64,000 nucleotides of DNA from Methanosarcinales archaeon (GCA_030611585.1 JAUWPM010000001.1:1715-65714), one strand, 5' to 3'; shown: positions 1 through 9,599, counted from the first letter of the stretch. Notes: generated by a model not told the origin, from the letters alone. Numbers and translations are program-made.

Positions 1-70
1 ATTTGGAAATGGACTGAAAATGTGTCAATGCTAAAATCTTCCATCTTCTTATCCTCGCTTCTTTTTGCGT

Positions 71-967
71 TCACTTCACGATCTTGGTGATATCTATCTC
101 GATAATATCCTCGGCACCCATGCTCTTCAACAGAGGTATTAAAATATTCACTTCGTGCTTGCTCACCACCGTTTCCACTGCGTAGTACCTCTTACGCTGC
201 TGGTTATTATCCGAATCGTACAGTTGGGATATGGTGGGTCTTTTCATTGCCGGGAGCGCCGATATCACATCCTTCAACAGATCCTCCACAACGTTCATGC
301 TGAGCAACACCTTACCCCGCGCTTCAAGCACGCCGGAGAGCAACGTCCTTATCTCTTCCATCTCCCGCCGCTTCTCCGCGTCACGCCACGAATCCTTATT
401 CGCAACCAACTTCGTAGACGATTCCAGTAGGGTCTCGATTATCCGCCAGTTGTTCTTACGCAGGGTCTCTCCAGTCTCCGTAAGCTCGACAATCCCGTCC
501 ATCATGTCCTTCGCCTCGGTAGCGCCGTAAGAAAAGAATATCTGTACGGGAATGCCAAGGTTCTCAAAGAACGATTTTGTAAGGTTGGGATATTCAGTGC
601 TAATTTTACTGTGCGGCTTCATGTCTTTTGCTCTTTTTATCTCCGTTCGATCAGCCTGCACTGCCAGAACGATTTTTACAGTGCTATCTTTCTCCGCGGC
701 TTTGCTGTACCTCATGTCCGCTACTTCCACGACGTCCGCACCCCGTTCCTCTATCCAATCCTTACCGGTTATGCCTAAGTCAAAATACCCCTTCTCAACG
801 TATTCCGGTATCTCCTGCGGTCGCAGTATCTTCACCTTCTCTATTCTTGGGTCTGCGATCGTCGGGCTGTACTCCCGACTCGTTACTTTTACTTCCAGGT
901 CTGCCTGCTTGAACAATAGCAGCGTCTGGATTTCTAAACTACCTTTTGGTATCGCTATGCTTATCAT
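71..967 (-). CDS. hisG: ATP phosphoribosyltransferase (long-form HisG)
   Basis: Full-length 298 aa HisG-like protein. N-terminus IAIPKGSLEIQTLLLF and C-terminal regulatory domain are characteristic of long-form HisG. Confidence 0.8.
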   Translation of the reverse strand: MISIAIPKGSLEIQTLLLFKQADLEVKVTSREYSPTIADPRIEKVKILRPQEIPEYVEKGYFDLGITGKDWIEERGADVVEVADMRYSKAAEKDSTVKIVLAVQADRTEIKRAKDMKPHSKISTEYPNLTKSFFENLGIPVQIFFSYGATEAKDMMDGIVELTETGETLRKNNWRIIETLLESSTKLVANKDSWRDAEKRREMEEIRTLLSGVLEARGKVLLSMNVVEDLLKDVISALPAMKRPTISQLYDSDNNQQRKRYYAVETVVSKHEVNILIPLLKSMGAEDIIEIDITKIVK

Positions 968-1047
968 CTTTCCGAGTTATCCTTTTTTCTCTCTTTATCT
1001 GTCTTCTAATAATTATTGTATTGTACTAATACTTCCGTACGTAAAAA

Positions 1048-2241
1048 ATGAACGAGGAGACGAAACGATTTGTAACGAGCAAATTTAAGGAATATTATAA
1101 TCGGGCAATGATAGAACCCCCGCCGGATTTCTGGATGCGAGAGTGGGGCTTTGTTCTCTTTGACAAATATTTCCCCATGAAACTCGTGATGCGGAGGCAC
1201 ACATCGTTTACCACGAAGGATGAGATGGTGAATTACCTTCGTGAAAATGCCCCTGCCCATGCGTATTACTCCACGGCTCTTTACAAATATCCCGCAGCCG
1301 ATATGGCGAAGAAGGGCTGGCTCGGCGCGGACTTGATCTTTGACCTCGATGCAGACCATATCGTAAGTGAAGCGGAACTCCCGCAGTATTCCTATGAGGA
1401 CTTGTTGAAACTCGTGAAAAAAGAGACGCTGAAGCTGATTGATTTCTTAACCGACGATTTCGGATTTGCTGAAAAGGATATGGAACTGGCGTTTTCGGGA
1501 TCGCGGGGTTATCACATCCATATTAATACCGAAGCGGTACGAGGGCTTGGAAGCAGAGAGAGAAGGGAAATAGTGGATTACGTCATGGCGACCGGGCTTG
1601 ATCTGGATAGCTTTTTAGTCCATGATTTGAAGGAGAAGGAACACGGCGGCGAAAAGCCGGGGAAAGGTGATTTGAGATTGATAACGGAGGGCTGGGGCAA
1701 ACGGGTTCGTAACGGATTAATTGAGTTCCTTCACGAAATAGCGGACATGGAAGAAAAGCAGGCTATCAAAAGGATAAGAGCTGCTGGAGAGATGGACAGG
1801 AAGAAGGCACGGGAGATATTAAGAATTGCAAAGGATGAGACCGTGATGAGAAGAATAGAGCAGGGTCAAATCCCTCAGTTCGCTAAACCTATCTGGACGG
1901 GAATATCAAAAACGGTAACAAAAATTGTCCGCGTGGAATCCGCAGATAGAGTAGATGAACCGGTTACTGCTGACATAAAACGGCTTATTCGGCTGCCAGG
2001 CTCACTACACGGCAAATCGAGTTTGAAGGTAAAACCGTTAACAATTAAAACCTTTAAGGAGTTCGACCCTTTAGCGGATGCCGTGGTATTCGGCGATTCG
2101 CCAGTCGAAATACGCGTCGTTCGCGATTCGGCGATAAAATTGAAAGGCGAACGATATAAGGTGGAAGAAGGCGAAATTACTCCGGTACCGGAGCACGTGG
2201 CACTTTATTTTATCTGTCGGGGTGTTGCGGAACTCAAGTGA
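1048..2241 (+). CDS. priS: DNA primase small (catalytic) subunit PriS
   Basis: Contains the LIFDLDADH motif typical of archaeo-eukaryotic primase catalytic subunits. 397 aa; divergent from hisG. Confidence 0.88.
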   Translation: MNEETKRFVTSKFKEYYNRAMIEPPPDFWMREWGFVLFDKYFPMKLVMRRHTSFTTKDEMVNYLRENAPAHAYYSTALYKYPAADMAKKGWLGADLIFDLDADHIVSEAELPQYSYEDLLKLVKKETLKLIDFLTDDFGFAEKDMELAFSGSRGYHIHINTEAVRGLGSRERREIVDYVMATGLDLDSFLVHDLKEKEHGGEKPGKGDLRLITEGWGKRVRNGLIEFLHEIADMEEKQAIKRIRAAGEMDRKKAREILRIAKDETVMRRIEQGQIPQFAKPIWTGISKTVTKIVRVESADRVDEPVTADIKRLIRLPGSLHGKSSLKVKPLTIKTFKEFDPLADAVVFGDSPVEIRVVRDSAIKLKGERYKVEEGEITPVPEHVALYFICRGVAELK

Positions 2242-2357
2242 AAAACCGAAAACGGTTCAATATATGCGGACGTTCGTTCACTTATGATTTTCTACCGAAG
2301 TTATATATAAGTTAGTTATATAGTAAAGGATGCGTATTTCATATTAACTTTAGAGAA

Positions 2358-3725
2358 ATGGCGAAGCCCAGAAAAGGAATTACATTAATGGATTTCCTGC
2401 ATTCGCGAGCGGACGTAGATGAAGAGAACCGCGGTGTTGACGTTGAAAGCAAAAGCGAAAGCAGAATAGAAGTAGAAAGAATCGAAGAGAAAGAAACACC
2501 ACGCATATACAGCGTCCAGGAGGTCACGAGATACATAAGGCGGAGATTAGACAGGGATGAAGTGCTGAGAGACGTTTATATCAAGGGTGAGCTTTCTAAT
2601 CGCAGCCAGCCGACTTCCGGTCATTTGTACTTCACGCTCAAGGATGAATTTTCGGAGTTGCCGTGCGTAATGTTCAGGGAACAGAACCGGGGCTTGAAGT
2701 TCGTTCCTGAAGACGGGATGAGCGTGATAGTCCGGGGACATATAAGTGTGTACGAGAAGCGGGGGAAGTATCAGTTATACGTGGATGAGATACAGGAGGA
2801 GGGCATAGGCGCGCTCTATCGTGCATTTGAGCAGTTAAAGAAGAAGTTGAAGGAGGAGGGGTTGTTTGACGCGGCGTATAAGAAACCGATACCCTGTTTT
2901 CCACGTCGAATTGGTATTATCACTTCGCCCACCGGCGCGGCTATCCGGGACATATTGAAGATCACGAAGAAACGGTTCCCGCACGTCCATATTCTACTCG
3001 CTCCCGTTGCAGTGCAGGGTGAAGGAGCTTCATCGCAAATTGTAAACGCCATTCGGATTATGAACCGGTACAGCGCAGAACGGGAGAAGATAGACGTGCT
3101 TATCGTGGGTAGAGGCGGGGGTTCGATAGAAGAACTGTGGGCGTTCAACGAAGAGTGCGTTGCGCGTGAGATTTTCTCATCGGCAATCCCGGTGATCTCG
3201 GCGGTGGGGCACGAAACGGACTTCACAATTGCGGATTTTGTGGCTGATAAGCGCGCAGCGACACCATCGGAAGCAGCAGAGTTTGTCGTGCCGGACAAAC
3301 GAGAGATAGAGAAGAACCTGAGTTCTTTGGAGTTGAGGATGCGGCAGAACGTTTTTAAAGCGATTGAGTACTACCGGAAGCAGTTAGCGAGTATAGAAAA
3401 GAGCGTTTTATTTCGAAAGCCTACCGAGCGGATAAACCAATACCGGCAGACGGTAGACGAACTCAAGCGGAATATGGTTGCGGAGATTACGCATCTCGTG
3501 ACGTTGCAGCGTAAGAATGTGCAAGCCCTTACGGGCAAACTGGACGCTTTAAGTCCTTTAGCAATCCTTGAGCGTGGATATAGTATCTGCTCGAAACTGC
3601 CGGAAGGGAAGATCGTACGGAGTGTGAGGGAGATTTCGGTTGGCGATGCGCTTAAGGTGCTATTCACGGATGGAGAGGCGATTTCAGAAGTGAAGGAGAA
3701 AAAAGGTGCGAAGAAACAGCAATAA
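2358..3725 (+). CDS. xseA: exodeoxyribonuclease VII large subunit
   Basis: N-terminal OB fold (GHLYFTLKDEFSELPCVMFR...YQLYVDEI) followed by the XseA catalytic domain (GIITSPTGAAIRDIL, VLIVGRGGGSIEELWAFNEE). Confidence 0.85.
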   Translation: MAKPRKGITLMDFLHSRADVDEENRGVDVESKSESRIEVERIEEKETPRIYSVQEVTRYIRRRLDRDEVLRDVYIKGELSNRSQPTSGHLYFTLKDEFSELPCVMFREQNRGLKFVPEDGMSVIVRGHISVYEKRGKYQLYVDEIQEEGIGALYRAFEQLKKKLKEEGLFDAAYKKPIPCFPRRIGIITSPTGAAIRDILKITKKRFPHVHILLAPVAVQGEGASSQIVNAIRIMNRYSAEREKIDVLIVGRGGGSIEELWAFNEECVAREIFSSAIPVISAVGHETDFTIADFVADKRAATPSEAAEFVVPDKREIEKNLSSLELRMRQNVFKAIEYYRKQLASIEKSVLFRKPTERINQYRQTVDELKRNMVAEITHLVTLQRKNVQALTGKLDALSPLAILERGYSICSKLPEGKIVRSVREISVGDALKVLFTDGEAISEVKEKKGAKKQQ

Positions 3726-3747
3726 ATTATGTGGTTGGGTATTTACG

Positions 3748-3870
3748 GCTCTTTAAGACACAGATTAACACTGATTTACATGGATTTATTTAGGGTGAAG
3801 AACAAAGTTGATTTTTATCATTGTCAGATTAGATTAACCGCAGAGTTCACAGAGAACGCAGAGCAGAGAG
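3748..3870. repeat. MITE-like dispersed repeat (family A, variant right end)
   Basis: Starts ctctttaagacacagattaacactgattta...; shares its left end and core with copies at 8801, 14646, 12821 and 25862. The right end (ttaaccgcagagttcacagagaacgcagag) recurs inverted at 10265-10300. Confidence 0.7.
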
Positions 3871-3882
3871 TAAGGTTTTGAT

Positions 3883-4164
3883 TTATTCAAACGTGAAGAG
3901 CTCTTCTTCGGAAAAACTCATGAATTTGTCTCTAACTCCCCTTTCCCACGTTTCAAATATTCTCCGCTCTTCCTCTGTCGCTTCACGCGGAATTCCGAAC
4001 TCCACTATTCCCCTCTGCTCGAAGAAACCATCGGGAAATATCGTTGGTCTCGTCTGAACACGAATTGCTGCCCCTGTGGATTTCCGGGTAAATGTGAATA
4101 CGTAATTCTCTTCAACCGTTATTTCTTGCAGGTTTCCCTTTTCCTCTGTTATTATAGGTTCCAT
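3883..4164 (-). CDS. hypothetical small protein (93 aa) sharing a C-terminal motif with the downstream secreted protein
   Basis: ORF only. FGIPREATEEERRIFETWERGVRDKF parallels FGIPENATDEEKALFKSEWEETRDTF in ORF 4269-5144. Confidence 0.35.
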   Translation of the reverse strand: MEPIITEEKGNLQEITVEENYVFTFTRKSTGAAIRVQTRPTIFPDGFFEQRGIVEFGIPREATEEERRIFETWERGVRDKFMSFSEEELFTFE

Positions 4165-4268
4165 TTTACTTCACGCATTCCGAAACTACATCAAAATCAA
4201 TAAAAAAACAATTGAGGATACAGGACTGCAAGACCTATCCCTAAACTTGCATCCTGTATCCTGTATCT

Positions 4269-5144
4269 TTAACGTGCTTTCCCCCTGAGAGACAGCCCCA
4301 GCAGTAACCCAAGCCCGATCACCAGTATCGAGAAGAATATCGCTCCGCCAACCGGAAATGGTTCTTTAGGCTCTTCCACACCCTCGAAAAGCTCCCAGTC
4401 CGGTGAGGTCAAAAACGTATCCCTCGTTTCTTCCCACTCTGACTTGAACAGCGCTTTTTCTTCATCCGTTGCGTTCTCAGGAATACCGAACTTCACCTTC
4501 TTCCTCAGCTCAAAGTAGTCATCCGGGAACACACCCTCTTTCACTACGACCTCAAAACATTCGCCCGTTGATATTCGACAGACATCAAACCTGAAATTAT
4601 CAGGAGTATTGCTCTTTGATACCTTCTTCAAGTTCTTATTGCTCATGTTCACTACTTCGGTTCCATCGGGTAGAATTATCTTGTATTCCCCTTTCGTATT
4701 CGTTTCTAATCCCGGTCCGGTTCCCGTCACGTATTGGAAACAATCTCGGGAGCCTGGCGTCGGTAGCCTGCTGATTATTCGGATGTCCTCTCTTGTAGGG
4801 AAGAGGGTGGTGGCACTCGTGGATGCGTCTACATCCTCTCCCGAAGCTATCTCCGCACCCCATATCTCCGAGAGTCCCAGTTGCGTCGCTCGGAATGCGC
4901 AACAGGTGCATACGCACATCTGACCATGATAATTCCCCACGTCCTCTATCGTTATCTCTACTTCCGTTCCGCCGTCGTCTATTACAATGGGCTCCAACTC
5001 GAACTCCGGTGGCGCTTCAGCTCCCGGCATGTGCGCATCAACGGAAATAACCGCCGTGGATAGTGCCATCAAAACCAATGCTACAATTGCCACTGCTTTT
5101 AATGGCGATTTTCCACTTTGCACTTTGCTCTTTTCATTTCTCAT
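4269..5144 (-). CDS. secreted, C-terminally membrane-anchored Cys-rich hypothetical protein
   Basis: N-terminal signal peptide (LKAVAIVALVLMALSTAVISVDA) and C-terminal TM helix followed by a basic tail. Cys cluster CVCTCCAF; no CxxCH. Confidence 0.45.
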   Translation of the reverse strand: MRNEKSKVQSGKSPLKAVAIVALVLMALSTAVISVDAHMPGAEAPPEFELEPIVIDDGGTEVEITIEDVGNYHGQMCVCTCCAFRATQLGLSEIWGAEIASGEDVDASTSATTLFPTREDIRIISRLPTPGSRDCFQYVTGTGPGLETNTKGEYKIILPDGTEVVNMSNKNLKKVSKSNTPDNFRFDVCRISTGECFEVVVKEGVFPDDYFELRKKVKFGIPENATDEEKALFKSEWEETRDTFLTSPDWELFEGVEEPKEPFPVGGAIFFSILVIGLGLLLGLSLRGKAR

Positions 5145-5584
5145 TTTACCGTTTCTCCCTCCTTCAAGATATAATACACGATCACCAGTGAGAACGGCAG
5201 CAAGAACATCTCAGGGCAATATGGCGGGGCATAACTTGCTAAAAAGCCTTCTAAGCTGTTAAACCATGTCTCTTCTCCCGGAATAGAACCTGCTATTCTC
5301 GCCCAGATCGCTATTCCGGCAACTATCCATATCATTATGCTTGCCATTACCGCTTTTGCTAACTGATGGACCTCTGCAAAGTTCTTCACGCTACTTAGAT
5401 AAAAAAAACCAACAGAAAGGAGGATTATCGCCCTCCACGGCAAGAATATGCCTGACATCTCCATGATTCCCCAGCTCGCTTCTCCCGGCACAGTTGCTAT
5501 CAGCTCCGCAACTCCAAACGCCAATGCTACGGCGCCTAAAACCGCAAAATATATCTGCCCGAATTTCTCTTCCGTTTCGTTCAT
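5141..5584 (-). CDS. hypothetical integral membrane protein
   Basis: Four predicted TM helices. Start codon overlaps the stop of the upstream ORF (coupled). Confidence 0.4.
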   Translation of the reverse strand: MNETEEKFGQIYFAVLGAVALAFGVAELIATVPGEASWGIMEMSGIFLPWRAIILLSVGFFYLSSVKNFAEVHQLAKAVMASIMIWIVAGIAIWARIAGSIPGEETWFNSLEGFLASYAPPYCPEMFLLPFSLVIVYYILKEGETVK

Positions 5585-5588
5585 TTGT

Positions 5589-6884
5589 TTATGCCACCCC
5601 CAGCATGATTCCTACTAAATGTATCAAGCCACCGTAAACAAAGACCATCGCTATAAGCGAAGCTAAGCTTCCGAGAAGCTCTTTCCAGTTCTCTTCCTTT
5701 ATCATCAATGCGAACGTCGCTAAGCACGGGAAGTAGATACAAAGCAGAATCACGGATGTGAACACCTGAAAAGGAGTCATTATCCCTTGTTCCATAAGAC
5801 CGCCGAGCATTCCCACCGCCAGGTCCTTCCTCAGAAAACCTGCTATTAACGGCGCTACTGTTTCTGATGGCACTCCAAACCATACCATTAGCAACGGACC
5901 AAATACAGCCGCCAGCCAATCCATCGCTCCCGTCAGGTACATAAGACCAACAATTAGACACCCCAATAGGACGAAAGGAACCGCAACGAGGAGAAAACCT
6001 GATGTCCTTATCCACAACTTACTCATAATGTTTTTCAACGTTGGCATTTGATACGGCGGCACGTCCATTATAATCTCTGGCGACTTCCCCGGCACGATTT
6101 TGTTAAGGATGAATCCAAAGCCCAGATAACCTATGGCTAAAGTCAAGAAAATCCAGCCCATCATCTCCGGAACTAAATCTTGCATAATTCCTATTTGCGC
6201 GCCACATGGAACGAATATCGCTAACAGTGTCATCATCATGAACCTTTGTTTCCTCGTTTCCAGTGGTCGCGTAGCCGTTACTCCCGGGACATTACAGCCT
6301 AAGGAAAGGAAAGTAGGCACAATCGCATAGCCGTGCAAGCCTATTTTGTGCAATACCGTATCAACGAGAACAGCCAGTCTTGGCAAATAACCTATGTCCT
6401 CCAGAATTGCAAATATCAGATAAAACGCCAGTATTGCCCACAGGACTACGCCAAAAACAATGAACAGCCCGCTGGTAAGCATACCAAAAGCCTCAAAGCA
6501 ATTGTCCGAGGCTACAAGCACCCCTTCTTCAAGATGTCCCGCATCTACCATGAGTGCATAGAACGGGTTTCCTAACCCACCGGGAAAAACCGACTGTAAC
6601 CACGGCAGCCAGTGCTCATCAAAAAGCCTGACCATGAAGCCGTCTGTAAATAGCGTCCCTGCAAATTCACAGAAAAAAGCCCAGAAGCCGTATATAACCG
6701 CAATTGCTACTGGTATCCCCGTCAGCGGTTTAACGGTGAGTTCCGCAATTGCATCCTTCAATGTATGTTTGCGCGCACCAAACTCCACCGTTTGTTTCGA
6801 TATCTTCTCTATCAAATCCCATCTCTCATCCACTGACAGCGGCACTTTCACCACCTCCTTCTTTACCTGCGCTCGCAGCCGCAC
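5589..6884 (-). CDS. feoB: ferrous iron transporter FeoB, linker and membrane (gate) domain; separated from the G-domain ORF by a frame change
   Basis: Helical linker (ERWDLIEKISKQTVEF...) followed by the multi-TM nucleoside-recognition/gate domains of FeoB. GTG start. Overlaps the upstream G-domain ORF by 58 nt in a different frame. Confidence 0.8.
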   Translation of the reverse strand: MRLRAQVKKEVVKVPLSVDERWDLIEKISKQTVEFGARKHTLKDAIAELTVKPLTGIPVAIAVIYGFWAFFCEFAGTLFTDGFMVRLFDEHWLPWLQSVFPGGLGNPFYALMVDAGHLEEGVLVASDNCFEAFGMLTSGLFIVFGVVLWAILAFYLIFAILEDIGYLPRLAVLVDTVLHKIGLHGYAIVPTFLSLGCNVPGVTATRPLETRKQRFMMMTLLAIFVPCGAQIGIMQDLVPEMMGWIFLTLAIGYLGFGFILNKIVPGKSPEIIMDVPPYQMPTLKNIMSKLWIRTSGFLLVAVPFVLLGCLIVGLMYLTGAMDWLAAVFGPLLMVWFGVPSETVAPLIAGFLRKDLAVGMLGGLMEQGIMTPFQVFTSVILLCIYFPCLATFALMIKEENWKELLGSLASLIAMVFVYGGLIHLVGIMLGVA

Positions 6885-7407
6885 TTACAGCACTTGCACT
6901 TTCTATAACCCCTTCTATTTTCACAGGTGCCGTTTCTTTGATCTTTGAAACGAGCTCCTTGAATCCTTCACCACTTATCGCCGTCGTTGGCACTACGGGC
7001 ACGCCGAGAATTAGCTCCAATTTCTCCACGTCTATCCCTATATTCTTGTCCTCCGCGACGTCCCACATGTTCAACGCCACTACAACCGGGTAGCCCTTCT
7101 CAATGATCTCCAGAGCTAAGTAAAGACCACGTTCTACTTTCGAAGCATCAAGCACGCATACGACTACGGAATCCCTGTTCTCTTCAAGCATCTTCACCGC
7201 TACTTCCTCTGCCAGGTCCTTCGGATCCAGTGAAAACGTTCCTGGCACGTCTATTAGCTCGACTTCCTCTCCTTCTAAACGCATCCAGCCTTTCATGAAA
7301 TCCACTGTCGTTCCCGGATAATTCGACTCGAACACTTTGGCTCCCGTGAGCCGGTTGAAGAAAACGCTTTTCCCCACGTTCGGATGCCCCATTAGCAATA
7401 CTTTCAT
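6826..7407 (-). CDS. feoB: FeoB N-terminal GTPase domain
   Basis: G1 motif GHPNVGKS, G2 PGTT and G3 DVPG. The C-terminal tail SAVSAAASAGKEGGG looks like out-of-frame read-through. Confidence 0.85.
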   Translation of the reverse strand: MKVLLMGHPNVGKSVFFNRLTGAKVFESNYPGTTVDFMKGWMRLEGEEVELIDVPGTFSLDPKDLAEEVAVKMLEENRDSVVVCVLDASKVERGLYLALEIIEKGYPVVVALNMWDVAEDKNIGIDVEKLELILGVPVVPTTAISGEGFKELVSKIKETAPVKIEGVIESASAVSAAASAGKEGGGESAAVSG

Positions 7408-7411
7408 CTCG

Positions 7412-7645
7412 CTATCCCACCTCCACGACTATCTTTTCCGCTATGCCCAATCCCAAAGAAGTAACTGACATGTCCACCTCTACCACTACGGGCCCCTTTA
7501 TGGGCTGCTTCGTTGCCATTCGCACCCTTTTACCTTCTCTGATGCCCATACCCGCTATTTGTGCCCTCAAATCCGTTGCTATCTCCTTCACCGTTCCCTC
7601 TTCATCAAAATCCATCTCACTCAACTTCTTTTCCATTACTTTCAC
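7412..7645 (-). CDS. feoA: FeoA-domain protein
   Basis: 77 aa SH3-like FeoA (KRVRMATKQPIKGPVVVEVDMSVTSLGLGIAEKIVV), immediately upstream of feoB. Confidence 0.7.
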   Translation of the reverse strand: MKVMEKKLSEMDFDEEGTVKEIATDLRAQIAGMGIREGKRVRMATKQPIKGPVVVEVDMSVTSLGLGIAEKIVVEVG

Positions 7646-7917
7646 ATCCTCCTCACGATAACTTTTTGTGCCATTCCACGACCGATAGAGACCGTGTTTC
7701 TATCAACCTCAACGGTAACGGGTCCGTAACAGGAGATCACGCGAACCACGCTGCCTTCGAATAAACCCCTAAGAAACAACTTCTGGCGAATTCCGTGTCC
7801 CCCTTCGACAGCCATTACTCTGCCCTGCTCGCCTGGTTTCAACTGGCTTAACGGTATCGGCATCGTGCCACCGTAATTCTCCTCTGCCATCTCCTCACTC
7901 ACGCAGTCATTGCCCAT
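7642..7917 (-). CDS. feoA: FeoA-domain protein
   Basis: LSQLKPGEQGRVMAVEGG...GPVTVEVDRNTVSIGRGMAQKVIV is the classic FeoA pattern. Its stop is coupled with the next gene's start. Confidence 0.7.
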   Translation of the reverse strand: MGNDCVSEEMAEENYGGTMPIPLSQLKPGEQGRVMAVEGGHGIRQKLFLRGLFEGSVVRVISCYGPVTVEVDRNTVSIGRGMAQKVIVRRM

Positions 7918-7934
7918 TTTAGTCTCTTTCTGTT

Positions 7935-8642
7935 CTATTCCACCCAGACCTTCTCTGCGAGACCGCGTCCGATAGTTACCAACTGCTCACCGATTTTCGC
8001 AAGCACGTAGTTGCCTCTTTTCGGACTTGGTGCTGGCGTCTCCTTCCGGACCAAGGTTATCTCTTTGCCTTCCACTACGCCCATCTGTTCAAATTTGTCT
8101 TTAAGAGAGGTGCCACCGATTATCTTGCTTATCTTCGACTTCTCACCTTCCTTCAGATAGTTTACCTGAATGGATTGCTCTTCGCGTTCTACCAGCAACT
8201 TTGATGCCTGTCCTTCGCCCATTCGTATCTCTGTGTCGTCTATTTTGAACACTAAAGTGTCGTCGGGAAGGTGGCGTAAGAACTCAACTTCGCTTCCTTT
8301 CTCCACGCCAAGTTCCGCGAAATTATCTTCAAACGTCTTTCCGCCTTCTATTGTCTTTACCGTTCCTTTCTCACCGCTCTCAAACCGTAAAAGAGGAAGC
8401 GTCTTACCTTCTCTCTCTACGTACACCTTATCTGCCCATCCGCGAGCTACGACTGCTTCTCTTCCTGCGGCTTTCAGTGAAATAGGTCCTGCGTGCACGT
8501 GCACAGGCTCAGTAGCCACTATCGTAAGTTCTGTTCCTTCTGAAATGCCCAATTCCTCCAAGCTCCCTCTTACCTCGGAACCACCATCTATTTTCTTTAC
8601 GGTTCCCGTTATTTCGGAGTCAACTTCGCTTAACAATTTCAT
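7935..8642 (-). CDS. triple-FeoA-domain protein
   Basis: Three tandem FeoA-like modules, each about 75 aa (GTVKKIDGG...; GTVKTIEGG...; ISKIIGGTSL...), each ending with an ...IGRG/MGEG-type motif. Confidence 0.65.
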   Translation of the reverse strand: MKLLSEVDSEITGTVKKIDGGSEVRGSLEELGISEGTELTIVATEPVHVHAGPISLKAAGREAVVARGWADKVYVEREGKTLPLLRFESGEKGTVKTIEGGKTFEDNFAELGVEKGSEVEFLRHLPDDTLVFKIDDTEIRMGEGQASKLLVEREEQSIQVNYLKEGEKSKISKIIGGTSLKDKFEQMGVVEGKEITLVRKETPAPSPKRGNYVLAKIGEQLVTIGRGLAEKVWVE

Positions 8643-8800
8643 TTCTTCTTTCCTCTATATCCCCTATAATGTTAGGGAATGAAAAAACCTGCCCTAAAAA
8701 AGTTCTGTTTTGCTAAAAGAACCTAAATAAGTTAGGTTCTGAACGAAAATCCGAATAAAGTTGGGATTTTGATTGTCTATAAAGTATAACTGCCATAATT

Positions 8801-8945
8801 CTCTTTAAGACGCAGATTTACACTGATTTACGCGGATTTATTTAGGGTGAAGAACAAAGTTGATTTTTATCATTAAGCCCTTTCAGGGCTTGCGGGACGT
8901 GGGCAGAGCCCACGAGCGTTAATCTGTGTCCACAATTTATTTTTT
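8801..8945. repeat. MITE-like dispersed repeat (family A with GC hairpin)
   Basis: ctctttaagacgcagatttacactgatttacgcggatttatttagggtgaagaacaaagttgatttttatcattaagccctttcagggcttgcgggacgtgggcagagcccacgagcgttaatctgtgtc; near-identical to 14646-14796. Confidence 0.8.
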
Positions 8946-9073
8946 CTTGATAAAAACCCTAATTAAGTTCGGGTTCTCCTATGCGCCCTAATCTTGTTAG
9001 GGATCCTTATTTATGCACCTAACAGCCATACACATCTTTAAACAAAAGTTTAGAAAGAAAAGGGGAGATAAAA

Positions 9074-9520
9074 ATGGCGAAGAAGGTAATTTTGGTATTT
9101 GGTTCAACTACTGACAACACGGAAATGTTGTCTGAGCACGTGGCGGAAGGACTTGAGCGAGGAATGGCGTCGGTCACGGTGAAGAACGTGACAGAAGCGA
9201 GCGTTGACGAACTCGCGGATTATGACGCGATCGTATTCGGATGCTCCACATGGGGTGAAGGCGATTTGCAGGATGATTTCGTGGATTTCGACGAAGCTAT
9301 GGACGGCATAGCTCTGGAAGGGAAAAAGGCGGCGGTTTTTGGTCCTGGTGATAGCGAGGAGTACCCGGATTCGTTCTGCACCGCAGTGGACATCCTGGAG
9401 AAAACGCTGAAGAAATGCGGTGCCGAGATTGTTGCCGAAGGCTTCAAAGTTAGCGGCGAGGTTGAACCTGCATTTGGAGACGCCGAAGAGTGGGGATTTA
9501 AGGTTGCAAAAGCGCTTTAG
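9074..9520 (+). CDS. fldA: short-chain flavodoxin
   Basis: 148 aa with the FMN-binding loop GSTTDNTE, CSTWGEGDLQDDF and FGPGDSEEY. Uses TAG as its stop codon. Confidence 0.85.
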   Translation: MAKKVILVFGSTTDNTEMLSEHVAEGLERGMASVTVKNVTEASVDELADYDAIVFGCSTWGEGDLQDDFVDFDEAMDGIALEGKKAAVFGPGDSEEYPDSFCTAVDILEKTLKKCGAEIVAEGFKVSGEVEPAFGDAEEWGFKVAKAL

Positions 9521-9599
9521 CTTTACTTTTGCTTCTGCTTCTGTTCCCTCTTTATTTTTTCCCGCTGCGAGGCGAACCAGAGCAGGATAGAGAGAAGAC

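Noticed and set aside
2674-3298. Minus-strand ORFs (160, 76 and 64 aa) inside xseA
   Set aside because: They overlap a confidently identified gene on the other strand and have no motif support.
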